Shown one piece after another: positions 26,105-40,170 of a stretch of 64,000 bases of DNA. Both the position numbers and the translations under genes were made by a program. The stretch comes from Convolutriloba macropyga (taxonomy: Eukaryota): NCBI RefSeq assembly GCF_964194025.1, contig NW_027451610.1, positions 1-64,000 of the forward strand, given 5' to 3'. Under the pieces are notes generated by a model. It was given only the letters and a program-made list of their open reading frames with translations, did not search any database and had not been told where the DNA came from. Positions within the stretch are counted from its first letter, which is position 1; every line of letters starts with the position of its first letter.

Positions 26105-27078
26105 GTAATTTACACCGGATTAGGATGATGACCTTAATGTGACCAATCTTCATTATGATTTATTGATATATTGGTTCTAATCTGCCCCCCCCCCCCCCCC
26201 CCGTGAAGTAACGGTACAACACGTTACAGTTACATATAGCGCGTTACTATATGTTATAAAAAATAACATATGCGCGGGGGCGGGGGGGGGGGGGTCGAAA
26301 CAGAAAATAGATCCCATTTAATTCCCCATTAACAAAAAATTGCGATAATATGCATTGTGAACTAACCAATACGTTTTTTTTTCATCTGATAATGACATTT
26401 ACATGCAACAAAAAGGTGGGAATCATAACTTACGCCATTTTTTTTACATTTTATGTTTAAAAACAGAAAGTGGATAATAAGTTAGCTCACATTTTCCTAC
26501 CAAAACTTTTGGGTTTTTGTACTCTTGAAAATTGATCTCTGCAACTCACGTTAGTTTGATTATATGTGAGATGATTATTCAAAAATTTGCAGAAGTTATT
26601 TTTTCCTTTGTTTTGCATCCCGTCCATTCTAAGTTTATTACATAGACGGTGTCATTAATTTTTCATCCAAAAAAGTGAAATTCAAACTTGAATTTTTCTA
26701 ATGCCTTAGGAAATTGCCGTAGTAATTAATAAAACCTTTGCATGTAAATGTTCATCATTTTTTGTCTCAACTTTTCGATTTTGCTAAATATTCAAGTTCC
26801 TATCTTTTGAAATAATGATGACAATATCCATGTTAAAATACTCCTAGAGAAAATTTTCTGTTTACTAAGAAAACAGTGGTTGTGTCTTGGAGTGTGAAGC
26901 TGCACCCACCGCTACAGTCCGTTGCTGTGTATAAAATGAAACTAGTAAAAGGCGAAAACAAATACTCGGATTAGTAAGTGAGTTCCGTTTTATAACTAGT
27001 TTTGTTGGATGAGAGAGAGAAAGAGAGCGTTTAAAGCTGTATCTACCGAATTCTTTTTTTAAACCTAAGATATTTTTG

Positions 27079-28660
27079 CCGTATAAGGTAATTAGAATGA
27101 TGTTTGTAAGTTTTATCAAAAGAAAATCGAAGCTATAGTTTCCAATTAAGGCGATGAAGAGGTAATAAATCTGATTTGCTTGAAGGTGCCATTTTGTTGA
27201 TAGCAACGGTACCACATTGACCTCTCCTAAAATTGCGGGTCATTTATTTTGTGAGCAACTCTTTGACGAGGCATTAAATACGAACCAAAAAACACCATTT
27301 TTTCTGAATTTGTTTCTGTTTTTTCAACAAAACACTGCTATTTTGACACAATTTAAAACAATTCTCTAAGACAAAACTTTGTATAGAAGTTGCATATGTT
27401 GAATAGCAAAATACGCATATGTTGGCTAGTATTTTCACACTATAATATTATATAGTAATATTATAATATAATAATAATATAAGAATAAATCAGAATAATC
27501 ATTAATCTGATATAATAATATCAGAATAAATAGGAAGACAGTTCGTTTAATTGAAATTTTTTGACCAAAGGTTTAAGTTTGCGGCTGAGTTCTTTTGGAC
27601 GTTATTTGTATTTTTGTCGTTTTCTTTTGACTTTTGCCCGTACGTTCCCAGGTAAACGATACTTGATCTTTCTGTGACAGTATTTGAACTGCTGTAGCTA
27701 AATCTTGTTAAGCTATCATCCTTTTTCAATCTTGTTTACAAAAGTTGTTTGAATGACTAATCTAGAAACAAAACTTTGTGGAAATACATTAAATTCTTCA
27801 ACCACCTGCAGTCATCTTGAAAGTTTGTTTATAATAACTTGACGTTTTCCAAGCTAGAGTATGATCAAAACATATCACAACAAATCGAGTTATCTAATTC
27901 ATTTCCGTATTAGCATTATGGCAAGAGATGATTTCATTTTTTTAATAACCGTAGTAAATATTACCGCATAAAGTAATTAGAATCATGTTTGTAAGGGTTT
28001 AAAAAGAAAATCCGATTTATATTTTTGGATTAGGGCCACCAAGAGGTAATTAAATCTGATTTACCTAAATGTTCCACTTTATTCATGAAAACAGTACCAC
28101 AATGACCACTACTAATAATGCTGGCTATCTAGTTTTCAATAAAATCTTTGACGAGTCATTGAACAAATATAGCAGTTTCTTTTCGTTTTTTTTCTAAAAA
28201 ATATCGCTGTTTTAACTCAATTTAAACTCATTCATTAAGTCAAACTCGGTTTTTAAATAGCAATTGCAGAATAGCCATCTGATTGCTAGTATTTATATAC
28301 CTCATCAATTTGAAAAAATAGGAAGACAGTTCGTTTAATTGATTTTTTTGACCGACGGGTTGAGCTTGAGGCTCAGTTCTTATGGGCATTATTTGTATTT
28401 GCGTTCCTTGCTTTTGATTTTTACGCGTACAGTCCCAAGTAAACTATACCTGATCTTTTTGTGACAATCTTTGGAACGCTGTAGCAAAATCTTGTTGAGC
28501 TATAATCTTTTTTCCATCTTGTTTACAATGTTGCATGTCTCCGTGATTAATCTAGACAAAAAAAACTTTTGAAATAAATTGAATTCTTCAACCACCTGCA
28601 TCGACCTTCAAAGTTCTTTAATAATAGCCGGACGCTTTCCAAGCTATAGTCCAATCAAAA
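27079..28660. repeat. Old tandem duplication (~27079-27870 and ~27964-28660)
   Basis: Collinear shared blocks such as AATAGGAAGACAGTTCGTTTAATTGA and TTCTTCAACCACCTGCA. Confidence 0.8.
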
Positions 28661-28677
28661 TTTATTCCGTGAAATAA

Positions 28678-28963
28678 TGTTGGAAGGTTGAGAGAGAACA
28701 GCCTAATGTGAATTGTGCATAAGATATGCTTGACAAGAAGCTCTACTTGTTCAACGTATACTTGGCTGGAGAAATGAAGCAGCCTTGAGAAACAAGAAAA
28801 AACATCAGAATGGGTTCTAAGAGATGCCCTAAGTTCTAAGTTCGAGAGGTTAAGACCAGTGGGTGTATTGATTAGCCAACTAGGCCTGCAAGTAAGAGAT
28901 GGTGGTTCGAATCCAGTTGTGTTCCATTTTTAAACTAGTTGTGCCTGCTTAGATCCCTTTACA
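28678..28963 (+). mobile_element. Diverged solo LTR of the same tRNA-bearing TRIM family
   Basis: TGTTGG...TTTACA, 286 bp, collinear with the reverse complement of 9178-9463; decayed tRNA-like unit at ~28854-28925 keeps GGTTCGAATCC; no adjacent PBS or PPT. Confidence 0.85.
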
Positions 28964-29038
28964 TAAAATCAAGAATTATTGTCCGTTTGATTATGAGGAA
29001 TATGACAGGAGGCGTTTAACAACGATGGAAAATTTTAG

Positions 29039-29376
29039 CACTGGAACCTGTAGAAGACGGTCCACCGCAGTCAAATTTGACAGCAGACAAAGGTGATAAG
29101 GACGGGGCATACTTTCAGTCACCCACAGAGGCGTCTCAAAACCCTCAACCTCATCTATGCGCCCCGCCCTATGACAGCAACCGATCTCGGAGCATCACGT
29201 CTGAACACGGGGTGGAAATGCACTCTGTCAAGGAGGAACAACGCACAACTGATGAACAGGAGGTGGACGAGGTCCCACCTCCACCTCCACCTCCTCCGCC
29301 CTCATCAAGTGGATTAACATTAACAAATGAAAGTGTTCCCGAAACTAAAGATGATATGCGCGTTTCTGATGTTTAA
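29039..29376 (+). CDS. GPCR exon 7 (distal C-tail, stop)
   Basis: Acceptor TTTTAG|CA, phase 1; GC-rich open frame with poly-Pro ending RVSDV-TAA; seven exons total 1746 nt = 581 aa + stop. Confidence 0.65.
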
Positions 29377-31191
29377 CTGTTTTTTTACTATAAAACTTGA
29401 AAAACTATGGATTTTGTAACCCGAAATTTATATCTTCCATATACCCCCCCCCCCCCGCCGCCCCGCCCACTTATCAAATGTGATTTGAATCTAATACACC
29501 CCATTGCCCGCATGGTTACATTATTTTACTCGATAGCTGGTAACCAATTATCTTTTGCGATAATTCCGTTAAGTTAAGTGGAGTCGGATGGCCGGATTTT
29601 TTGTAAGAGTTGCAATTTTCAGCAGTGAAACTTTTTCACCGCATTCCATTCACTTTAGTGCATACATTTTCTAGCAATTTTTATTGCTTCTTGCTGAAAC
29701 CTCGGCCTAGGAGGGAGGGAGGGGGGGGGGGGTATTTTGATTGTGCAATGGAGGTTTAATAATAGTATCAGTATCCGTTCCGTTTGTGAACCACCCCCCC
29801 CCCCCCCCCACCCAGTACGTTATGCACCTCCAGTAACAGAGCACGTGCCGTTACATACGAAATCATTACATGAAAATATGGCACATGCGCTTGGAGGGTG
29901 CAAATAGTATGCACCCACTAAGATGGGGGGGGAGGCAAAAACGGAAAATATCCGTATTTTATTGCGTAGATCAGAGTACTGTTATATACACTTTTAATGC
30001 AAAAATGGCTCCTAAGTGCAAAACAGCTTTATCATTGCAATGCAACTAAGAACTCAGTTTGAAAAATATCATTTAAAAATAAGCAGAAGAAGGAATATTA
30101 CTAAATTTATAGTTAGTTGCGAAGTCATCTTGCACCAAAGTCTGATTAAAAAAGAAAAATTTTGCCGCCATTTATCTTTCGCTTTCTTGATTGTGGCTTT
30201 TAGTTGATGTTTGTTACTGATGTTTAATGTTGATTTTTGTATGAAATGTATTATTTTTAGCAACATATATTTCAACCTTTCCAAAAAAATGAACAAAAAG
30301 AAAAATTGTGCTTTAATTTTGTAGTTCTCTCGTTGTCAATCGTAATTTTGTCAATTATTTTTGTTCAGTGCTAAGCTTTATAATTAGTAATGTCGCCACT
30401 TATATTGAAATTGTTATTGTTTCCCCGATGGTAAAAACTATTCAGCTCAATATGAGGGCGTATTTCATGGGACTGAAAATGCTGACGTCACAACTTCAGC
30501 AGAAGCTGCAAAATTGTTATTTCAATTAGCAAAATTAACTTTTAATTAGCATTTTTAAGCCCTCTAAGGCAATCTTTTGAAATCCGTATTTTTCATGTTT
30601 CGCTAAATTTGATCAAATGTTTCCACGCTTTTGTACTTCTGTGTTCGCAGCTAATTTTGGATAAATTTTGCTGAAATATTTTTATGATGGAAAAATGACT
30701 GCAGAGCATAAATGCGATATATCAAAATACAATATCAAATACTTGTATTAAATGTTAAATGTTTATTGAATTAATGTTAAATGTTATTTCTTTTCACCTG
30801 AAGTCATGGTCATTTTTCAAGTTTTTTTAGAAACCAATAGACCAAAACTTTACAAGAGAGAGGCTTGTAGTTTTGACTAATCTGTTGGTAGCTTAAGAAA
30901 ATGGGCGTTAAAATGAGGACATTTAAAGAAAATCTAGGAATATTTTTTATAAGGTTAGCTTTGCTTCATCCCGATTCATTTAATCTCGCTTTTCTTAACA
31001 TATCATTCCGTACACTTTTTTTTGCACCCCGCAAAAAAGCAGTCGGCAGTACAATTATGCTTTCTCATAATTAGCCTTAAAACTTAATCCCATGCTTGAT
31101 CATGATAGTTTCATATCAAATCTCACGGACCGCTCAAGCATGAAGAAGGACTGTGAGAGATGACCAAATGATTGCAGTGTCAATATTTATA

Positions 31192-31777
31192 CCCGGAGGT
31201 TGGTGGCAGAGCAAATCAGCGCTGAGTCAGTCTAGAGACATTCTGTTTTTTAGGATGCCCAGTACTCTGTTCATGACACAAATTACCATGGCTAGTCTTG
31301 ATTTTTGGGTAAATTTACTTCATGAAAAATAATATGTTCAGTTTGACTCCCGCCTACGAGGTCTGCTTTATATGCGATTCGAACTTCCGCGTGGGTACTT
31401 ATAACATTTAATTTGCGTAGCAGGTAGTAACCACTAAGCTAAATTAAACCACTAAACTAAACTAATTGCGGTAATTGCAGCAACATAGCTTAAGTATAAA
31501 TAGTGTGTATACTACTATTGTAATGACCTGTTATAAGCTACAAAAGTTTGTCAATATTCTGCTCAGACTTAATTTTAGGGTATGAGTAATTTTCAGACTC
31601 TACAGGATAAGTTTAGCCTGGGCGAAGTCTTTGACCTCAATATAATCATGATGAAGATACACTGCACATAAAGAAACTTGAAATATTCTGGAGATGGAAT
31701 ATTTCAGAACTGAGTTAAATTTTCACTCTTGAATTATGCTGGTTCAGCGCTGAAATTCTCTGAGACTCAAGTCCGGG
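31192..31777. mobile_element. CCCGG-ended non-autonomous element carrying tRNA-type A and B boxes
   Basis: CCCGGA...TCCGGG termini; an inverted second copy at ~45700-46012 plus 52924-53195 is split by the Gypsy insertion. Confidence 0.65.
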
Positions 31778-34156
31778 TTGTACCAATTATGTAAATGATT
31801 AAAATTGGGGTAAAATGACAGGGTGAAAAATTCGAAAGGATTTATTAAATTCTAAAAAAATGCAACATTTTGAAAGGATCTGAATTGTTTATCCTTAGAC
31901 TTGAAAAAGCCAGTCTGATTATGTCTTCAAACATCTTTAAATCTGTTATATGAATTAAGATTTTGTTCTCATTTAAAAGAAAAATTTACAGTATTATAGT
32001 TAAAATTGCAAAAAAGTATCATCAATGTTAAAATGATACCATAACATGAAACGAACTGCAGAGGATACTAAATCTACAGTCATTTTACCTCAATAGATGG
32101 CACTACCCCTTAGGAAAAGCTGTAGTATGAAAAAATTACAGGTTAACATAAATACTGCTTCAAGTAATGTTTACGACTGATTGGGTTTACTGCGTATGAA
32201 AATATCGCCAAGTTTTCATCAAAATTGAAGAATTTGACCGGTTCAACTAATGTATGCAAAATATTTCTCACTCAATGGTTTTCTCCCAATTTTGGTTCTA
32301 AAATAAGGCTATTACATAATTATTTCAGTTAATTAAAAATAATTTATGTTCATTCAAAAAATTGTAAATAGGAGATCGCTTTTTCTTTGGAGTTTTCTCA
32401 AAAATTTTGCTGAAAAATTTGAAAACCAAAAATTTGGTAGCACAATATCTTCATCTTCTATCAGTTTTTAATTCTCTATAAAAACTGCTTGTGTACTTTA
32501 TTGTTAATAAATTTCAATAGTACTCAGGTTGTTATCATCTGATTGTTGATTGCAAGTTTGTTTCTTCGAAAAAAAGAGCAAAATTGATTAGATCTGTTCA
32601 TTTACCGCATAAAACTTGATTTAGCATTGAGGTTTCAAATGAACTTGCATTTGCCATTTTTAATCAACCTTTTCTAAAAAATTAAAGACCAGATTTTGAT
32701 ATAACGTGAACGGTTGATTGATTAGGAATGAAAATTGTATGAATTGATTAGGAAGAATCGTTTCTCTTGTTCCTAAATGCTTTCAAGTAATTTTGGGGCT
32801 TGTATTGCATTTTGGAAGCTAACGGATAGAAAATTTCCAATTTAAAAGTGTTAAAGCTCTTATGCCTTTGCAAAAGCTTTAAGCATTTTTTGTTTGAATT
32901 TGCTAAAACCAGGAATAGAACTAGTTAATCCAGAAAAAATTTTTTTTGCATGGAAATTAATCAATTTTAATGTAAAATGTTCTCTTATTTTAAGGAATGG
33001 TAAATAACGGAGACACCATGAAACAATCGCTTTAAAAATACAATTTGAAGCGCATGTTTTTGCGCAACGTTGTTTCATTTATGATGCAAATGATAGGGTT
33101 TAATTATTTTTTTTGTAAATATACATGTTTATGTGTGTGATGAAGGTGTAACTCGGTGATTTTCGTAAATGAGCTTGGCAACTTAAAAATACTCCAGCTA
33201 AGTTTCAAAAATCCTCCAGCAAAAAAATGACTGTATAGAAACTTTTCTCACCGAAAAAGATTCAAAAACCAGCTTGAGATCTGATAGACAATTTAAACTG
33301 CCAATCAGATAATTAGATTTTTAACACAGCAGATTTCTTCACACGAATTTATGATACTCTCTTAGCTTATTTTCTGTCAGCTAATTTTGCATAGAAGCAC
33401 AATAACTTAAGCTTTGAGTATAACTGAATGAAAATTGAGCCACAAAATCTAATCACACTTGTTTTTTCAAAACTTTGTGTCTGATCATTTCTATTTTTAT
33501 CTATGAACATCTTTCTATTGTTTTTATCTTCTGACAAGGTTATCATGTTTTTACAACTCTAATATCAATTATATACAAAAGCCGTAGGTTCAGTAGTGAC
33601 CAGATTTATGTATCAAAAATTGTTTCTAATTTAAGCTAAATTGTCTTACAAAACACATTATTCGGCCTTATGGTATTATACTTAAACTAGAAACGCGAAT
33701 TTCTGGACCAGAAAAAACTGCACAGAAATGTCCAGCCCGGATTTTGTGCCAGTTAACGTTGTATAGTTGGCGTGGACCGTAGAACAGCAAACGTACAAAC
33801 GAGTGAACTGTTTTCGACAAAATGACATCATCGACAGGTTTTGACTATTATCTTTTGTAGTTTACTGGTGCCTGCTAAGCTGTCAATTCCTTTCCACTAC
33901 ATGTCATCTAATGACTTCTAATGTCATTTTTTCTGTTTTAGCACAGTTTTAGTGTAAATTAATTTTCGTTCTGAGTTATTAGTGTTTTGGCTAAATTTCT
34001 GAACTGAACAACAGACACCTAAAAATGAAAAATGAACTACAGTGGAACCAACTTTCTGTGGAACCAAACCCCCCCCCCCCCCCCCCAACTTTTTGTCCCA
34101 TCCATTAAAAATTATGTGTTCTTAATACTTATAAAGCTGCTAAGCTACTGCTATTA

Positions 34157-34433
34157 NNNNNNNNNNNNNNNNNNNNNNNNNNNNNNNNNNNNNNNNNNNN
34201 NNNNNNNNNNNNNNNNNNNNNNNNNNNNNNNNNNNNNNNNNNNNNNNNNNNNNNNNNNNNNNNNNNNNNNNNNNNNNNNNNNNNNNNNNNNNNNNNNNNN
34301 NNNNNNNNNNNNNNNNNNNNNNNNNNNNNNNNNNNNNNNNNNNNNNNNNNNNNNNNNNNNNNNNNNNNNNNNNNNNNNNNNNNNNNNNNNNNNNNNNNNN
34401 NNNNNNNNNNNNNNNNNNNNNNNNNNNNNNNNN
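34157..34433. other. Assembly gap
   Basis: Run of N. Confidence 1.
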
Positions 34434-36899
34434 CGATCCAAGTTTTGTAGCAATCAAATTTTGTATTCTCTTCAACAATTTTTATTATAGATTCGTGATA
34501 CTGATGAAGTCATTGAAAAAATGGGAGGCACTTCAAAATTTTGTAGCAAAAAAGAAAGCTCGGTAATGTGCGATTGTAAATAAGGTTCCGACCCAGCTCA
34601 TCCATAGCTTTGGCATAATTGTCTACCACATGAGAAACAGATAGAAAACCCCAAAAATTCAAGGATTTATCCGAAAAAAATTGGTGTATGAACGAAAAGA
34701 TAGCCTGCAAAGCAAACAAATCAGTGGAGTAAAAAATGATGCATTAGATTCATGAGATATGCCAATATTAACAAAGGGAGTCAACACGAACACCAAAATC
34801 AAACAACAACAGCAAACATTAATTACATCAAAAAATTTATGTCCGTTTTAAAAAACAAAACTTAATAAAAACGTCGAAAAACCGTAAGATAAAACTGAAA
34901 CTAAACAAAATAACTTGTAAGTCACAAGAAAAGACATGGGAACAGTCCATAATAAGGCTTGGTAACAATTAGACAATAAAGAACAAAAACAGTAAATTCA
35001 AAAATTTCGCTTTTTTTAAAACAATTAATTTCAAAGTAATGAAAACCATTAGAAATCAAATAAATTGTCCCATAGGTTTACAATTACCAGTGTTTCTAAA
35101 AAGAGGAATTAGGAACTTTTGTATTCAATTTTTATGCGGTTACAAAAAGAGCAACAAACAGACAACAAACAAAAAATCAGTCAAATTTTGCCAGAAAGCG
35201 CTTTCGAAGCCGTAGCGCCATACATTGGCCCTCAAAATATGTTCGATTGCACATTCATCGAGTACAGATAATGTATTATGTGACCTCTCAATAATGAAAC
35301 CAGGTAACAAGCAGACAAAAAAGCGAAATTAGGTAATACTTGTTTTTCTCGAGAAAAAAATTATTTCCAAAGATACGAAAGCCATTAAATACAAAATGAA
35401 ACATTAAATAGGTTCGTTTATTCTTCCAAAGGAAGTTCTTGAGACTTGTAATTATCCAGAATTTATCCTACGTCCACAAAAAGAACGTAAAATCTGACAA
35501 AAATCAATAATTGGTTTATTTTTTTTGTGAAAAACACTTGTCGAAGCCAGTAATGTATAAAACGTGTCGTAGTCATAACGAATTCTTTAAAACCATTAGA
35601 TTTTTTTTACATCAATCCGTTCAACTCCTGATAACATTGTTGTCATATTTGGCTTGTTTTTAACGAGACCATGTAACAAAACGACCATAAAAAGAACAAA
35701 ACTGCGAAAATAAAATGTGTTTTTATTTTTTTTTTCGAAAACAATTCTTTTCAAAGTCCTGAAAACCATCATCTATCTTCTAATATCAGAATATCGGTCC
35801 ATCTATTCCTCCATTAAAAGCCAACAAAACCGTGTCATTGTACTAGAACTTTCGTGCGATTAAAAACACAAAGTAAAGAAACGACAGTTAAGGACAAAAT
35901 TAAAAAATTCAATAAATTTCTCCGAAAAAGTATTGTCAAAGCCGTTGAAACCAGAGCCACTTTTTTTAAAATTTTAATTTAATCGATTGTCTCTGATTTT
36001 GAACTCCAATAGTGTGATATTTGAACTGTCAAAATACGTGATAATTTGACAAAACTAGAACTTAAGGTGTAAAACCACAATAAAGATCGAATTTGAATTC
36101 AGTACAAAGAAGAAGCCGTCTTTCATTACTGACAATAAGCTAAAAGTTGATCAAATTAAGAGAAAAATGGAGAAGTTCAAGCAGCCATTTTTTATTTAAA
36201 AAATCAAATTTTTCAAAAAGTCAAAACGACCATAAGTTTTCAAGTAATAAACTAAATAAAAAAATTTGGAGCTAATTGGGAAGCGAATCGGCGCTATCAG
36301 TACTGAGCTTTGATTTGAAATGTTCTGTTATTTGATTAATACATTAAAAAAATCGAATTTTTTTTATAAAAAAGACCAATTCTCTCCGATTAATATATCG
36401 GTAGGAAAAAACTGTCTGAGCAAATAAAATACTTGAATATAGGGGGTCGGCACAAAAAATATCAAACCCACTTCTGGTAGTTGCAAAACGGCTTTAGAAA
36501 GATAATGAAAAAAATGAAGCATCGATTTCAAATCTCTCCTCTCTGTTTGATAGGTAAATTACAAATCATATTTTGAAATTTTTCAAAACAATAGGAAAAC
36601 TTATTGCAAAACTTTTCTGATTCACCGCTGAGTGAAAAAATTTAGCGAAATAAAATTGATGAAAGGAAATATGAGAACGCTAAAAAACAATTTTAATTAT
36701 TCACGGTTTCTTTCAAAACATCAAATGTTCTAGCATGAACATGACAGAAATATGACAAATAACTGGAAAAATGTTTGGTTTTGAATAGTTGATATCGACC
36801 AGTTTTACGTGAACTCTTTTTCGAAGTGAATTGTTTTAGGTAAGGTTTGTTCAAAGTTGTCACATATTGTCGGTCCCCGTGTTAAATCCAAAAATTAAG

Positions 36900-37995
36900 A
36901 TTGAAGGAATTTTACAAGATTTTTACAAGACGCTTTTATAATTTAATTTTCTAGTAAGATTTTTTATCATTAATTTTTCCTTAGATTTTTAAAACTCCTA
37001 GAAGGCGTTGTTAAGTCTACCAAGATCATCGCTAGATCTTTGAAGGCTATATTTTTTTCCACGAATGTTGAAAGATTCTTATCAGACATCTTTAAATATT
37101 GAAACGTTCTTACAAGATTCTGAAAAATCATTGTTAAATCTTGAAATATTTTTTTAAGATTGTTACAACATTAATTTTTCCTTGCAAGATATTCGTAATA
37201 TTCTGACAATAAGTTTCCCAAATCTCTCCAAATCTTTATCGACTCTTCCAAAATCTTGCAAGATACACTTTTCTTTATAGTAACCGTGGAAGATTCTTAC
37301 AAGGCACTTGCAATATCTCATAAGATCATTTTTCCTAGTGAGATTCTTGTAAGATTCTTACAAGACCCTCTTAAATCTTACAAGATTCCAAATTATTAAA
37401 AAGTCTTACCATATTAACTTTACCTTAGAAGATTGTTGCAAGATTCTTACAAGATTGTGCATGATCATATATTTTTCTGAAAAGGTTCTTTCAAAATTCC
37501 TGCAATGCGTTTTTAATCCTTACAAGATTCTTAAAAAAAATTTGAATTATCTTACAAGATTAATGTTTCCTCACAAGAATCTAGCGAGATTCATAGAGGA
37601 CATTGGAAAATCTTAAAATTCTTACAAGAACAACTTTTCCTCACCAGATTTTTACAAGATGTTAGCCTATCATATAAGATATTTACAAGATCTTACTAAA
37701 ATATTTCTTACAAGATTTTTGCGAGATTCATAAAAGATGTTGTTGAGTCTTACAGATTTCTTACAAGATCTTACGAGAATAATTTTTCTTAACAGACTTG
37801 AAAGAATTTTACAAGACGCTGTTATATCTTACAAAATTTTTACACAAGCTTACAAAATTAACTATTCATTACAGTTTTTTTTCCAAGATTATTAGAAGTC
37901 ATTGTTAAGTCTAACAAGATTCTTGCCAAATCTTACATTATTAATTATTCCTCACAAGATTCTTGCATAAATTCTTCAAGGTCTTACAAGATACA
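36900..37995. repeat. Degenerate CTTACAAGATT tandem array
   Basis: Dozens of (T)CTTACAAGAT variants. Confidence 0.75.
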
Positions 37996-39265
37996 TAATT
38001 GAATTTCTCAATAAATTTTCTGAACGATTTCTGATTTTGAAATTATCGAAGGATGGACGACTTTTTCCATGAAATGAGCGCAAATGAATTCCATTTTCAA
38101 ATTTTCTCTCTCCATTTTTTTAAGATCATAAGACCAAAAACGATATGCGATCCGAAATTAATTTTGCTCGACTTTTAACTGGGATAATTTGTCCCGTGTA
38201 ACTTTACGAAATGTTTTTTACCCAACGAGAGGTGACAACCGTTATGGGATTTGTAAAAAAAGCTTGTTTTTTGTTTCGAATTAGACGAGTGGGGAGATTA
38301 AAAACAGCTGTGACACAACCTTTCAAATACCTATGAACGTACTTAGAGAGTCAATATATCCAATATATCCACTTAGAGAGTCAATATATCATTTCTTGCG
38401 ATTTGAAGGACTGACAAAAAAACGATGGTCAAACAAAAATTGGAGGTCTTCGGCAGTCCTTCACCCCCCCCCCTCACTCACTCCATCGCTAAGGTGCGGG
38501 CCAAAAACAAAAAAAAAACGTTTTTACATCATTAAAAACAAACTCGTTTGTACGTCAAGTTTGTCGACAATCAGACTGACTATAATAAGTTATGGACTGG
38601 CCTTTACTGGGCGTGTACGCTTTTCTTGCCCTCACAATGATTGGTGTGTGTTCTGCATGTTTACACGGACGATTGTCTACTGTGAGTAACCCACCCCCGA
38701 AACCAGAGGCTGCGCAGATACAGAGAATCACTGACCCTCCTGTATGACCCGAAATGCCCCCTTTTTATTTTCAGTGAACCCAAGAATTAATAACTGAGAA
38801 ATAAAAACAACTGTACGATGAATATTGGAATGGTACTGTATTCGGAGAAGTTCTTGACTGTTTAAAAACTGAATCTTTATTCTTGGAAACGATTGCCAAA
38901 TATTTGCTAAATATAATTCCGTTATTGTTTCATATATATTTTTAATCATCTCCATAATGGCATTTTATTATGTTTACATAGTTGACTAGTTTAAGTAGCT
39001 TTAGTTTTTATGAATTTAGATTCTCTACAGTATGCTTATTATCATGATCTTTAAAACAAAAAAAAACAATCTTGACAGTTTAAACTTAAAGAAATTAACG
39101 TAAAAGGAGCACTGATTTACCTTCGTGAGCGCATAAAGCTGCAAAATTTTGCAAAAAAAATTGAAGCGATAAGTTTGTCTGATCAGCTGCCATTAAACGC
39201 TAGAAGTTCCGATGAGTATTCAATGCATCACAAACGACAATATTTAACCTTAGCTTACTTAGATA

Positions 39266-39582
39266 NNNNNNNNNNNNNNNNNNNNNNNNNNNNNNNNNNN
39301 NNNNNNNNNNNNNNNNNNNNNNNNNNNNNNNNNNNNNNNNNNNNNNNNNNNNNNNNNNNNNNNNNNNNNNNNNNNNNNNNNNNNNNNNNNNNNNNNNNNN
39401 NNNNNNNNNNNNNNNNNNNNNNNNNNNNNNNNNNNNNNNNNNNNNNNNNNNNNNNNNNNNNNNNNNNNNNNNNNNNNNNNNNNNNNNNNNNNNNNNNNNN
39501 NNNNNNNNNNNNNNNNNNNNNNNNNNNNNNNNNNNNNNNNNNNNNNNNNNNNNNNNNNNNNNNNNNNNNNNNNNNNNNNNNN
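39266..39582. other. Assembly gap
   Basis: Run of N. Confidence 1.
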
Positions 39583-40170
39583 CGGAAGTCTCCACATGAG
39601 TCATCTGACACAGGAACCAAGAATTAAAAGTATTACCTATATACACCATTAAACTATATGTCATATAACTATTCAAATTTTCTGTACATACGTATCAAAT
39701 CAACGCCACTGTTGCATTGTTGGCATTTTGTGTTCAAGGTTACTTAGACCATTCAAAGTCCACTTGGTCGAGCATCTGCAATGCAGCGCAGCAGAAAGAC
39801 GCCATCGAGTTAAGTTGCACATGGCAGATAGAATTGAAATTGTAATGCAACTGTTAAGATTTGTTTTGTTCTTTATCGCATTATTGAGTCTAAAAAGTAC
39901 CCAGTTAGTTTTCTTTCCAACTGTTTTTGTCATTTTTCTAAGTTAGTCCACTTTGACCTCGAAGAGAGCGTGTAATACTCTCTCCATTCAGAGTCTATAA
40001 CGCTCCGTCGTTATACAATACCATCGGAATCAATTAGCAGATCCAACAGTCTAATTGGACTTGGAACGTGTGTTACTCCAGTGGAGAATTCCATATAAAA
40101 GACTCCCATCAGCAACGACCGCAAATTGGGGAATAAGAAGGCGCATTCAGTTTGACAAACACCAACAGAT

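Noticed and set aside
34032-39676. ORFs spanning the N runs
   Set aside because: Artefacts of assembly gaps.
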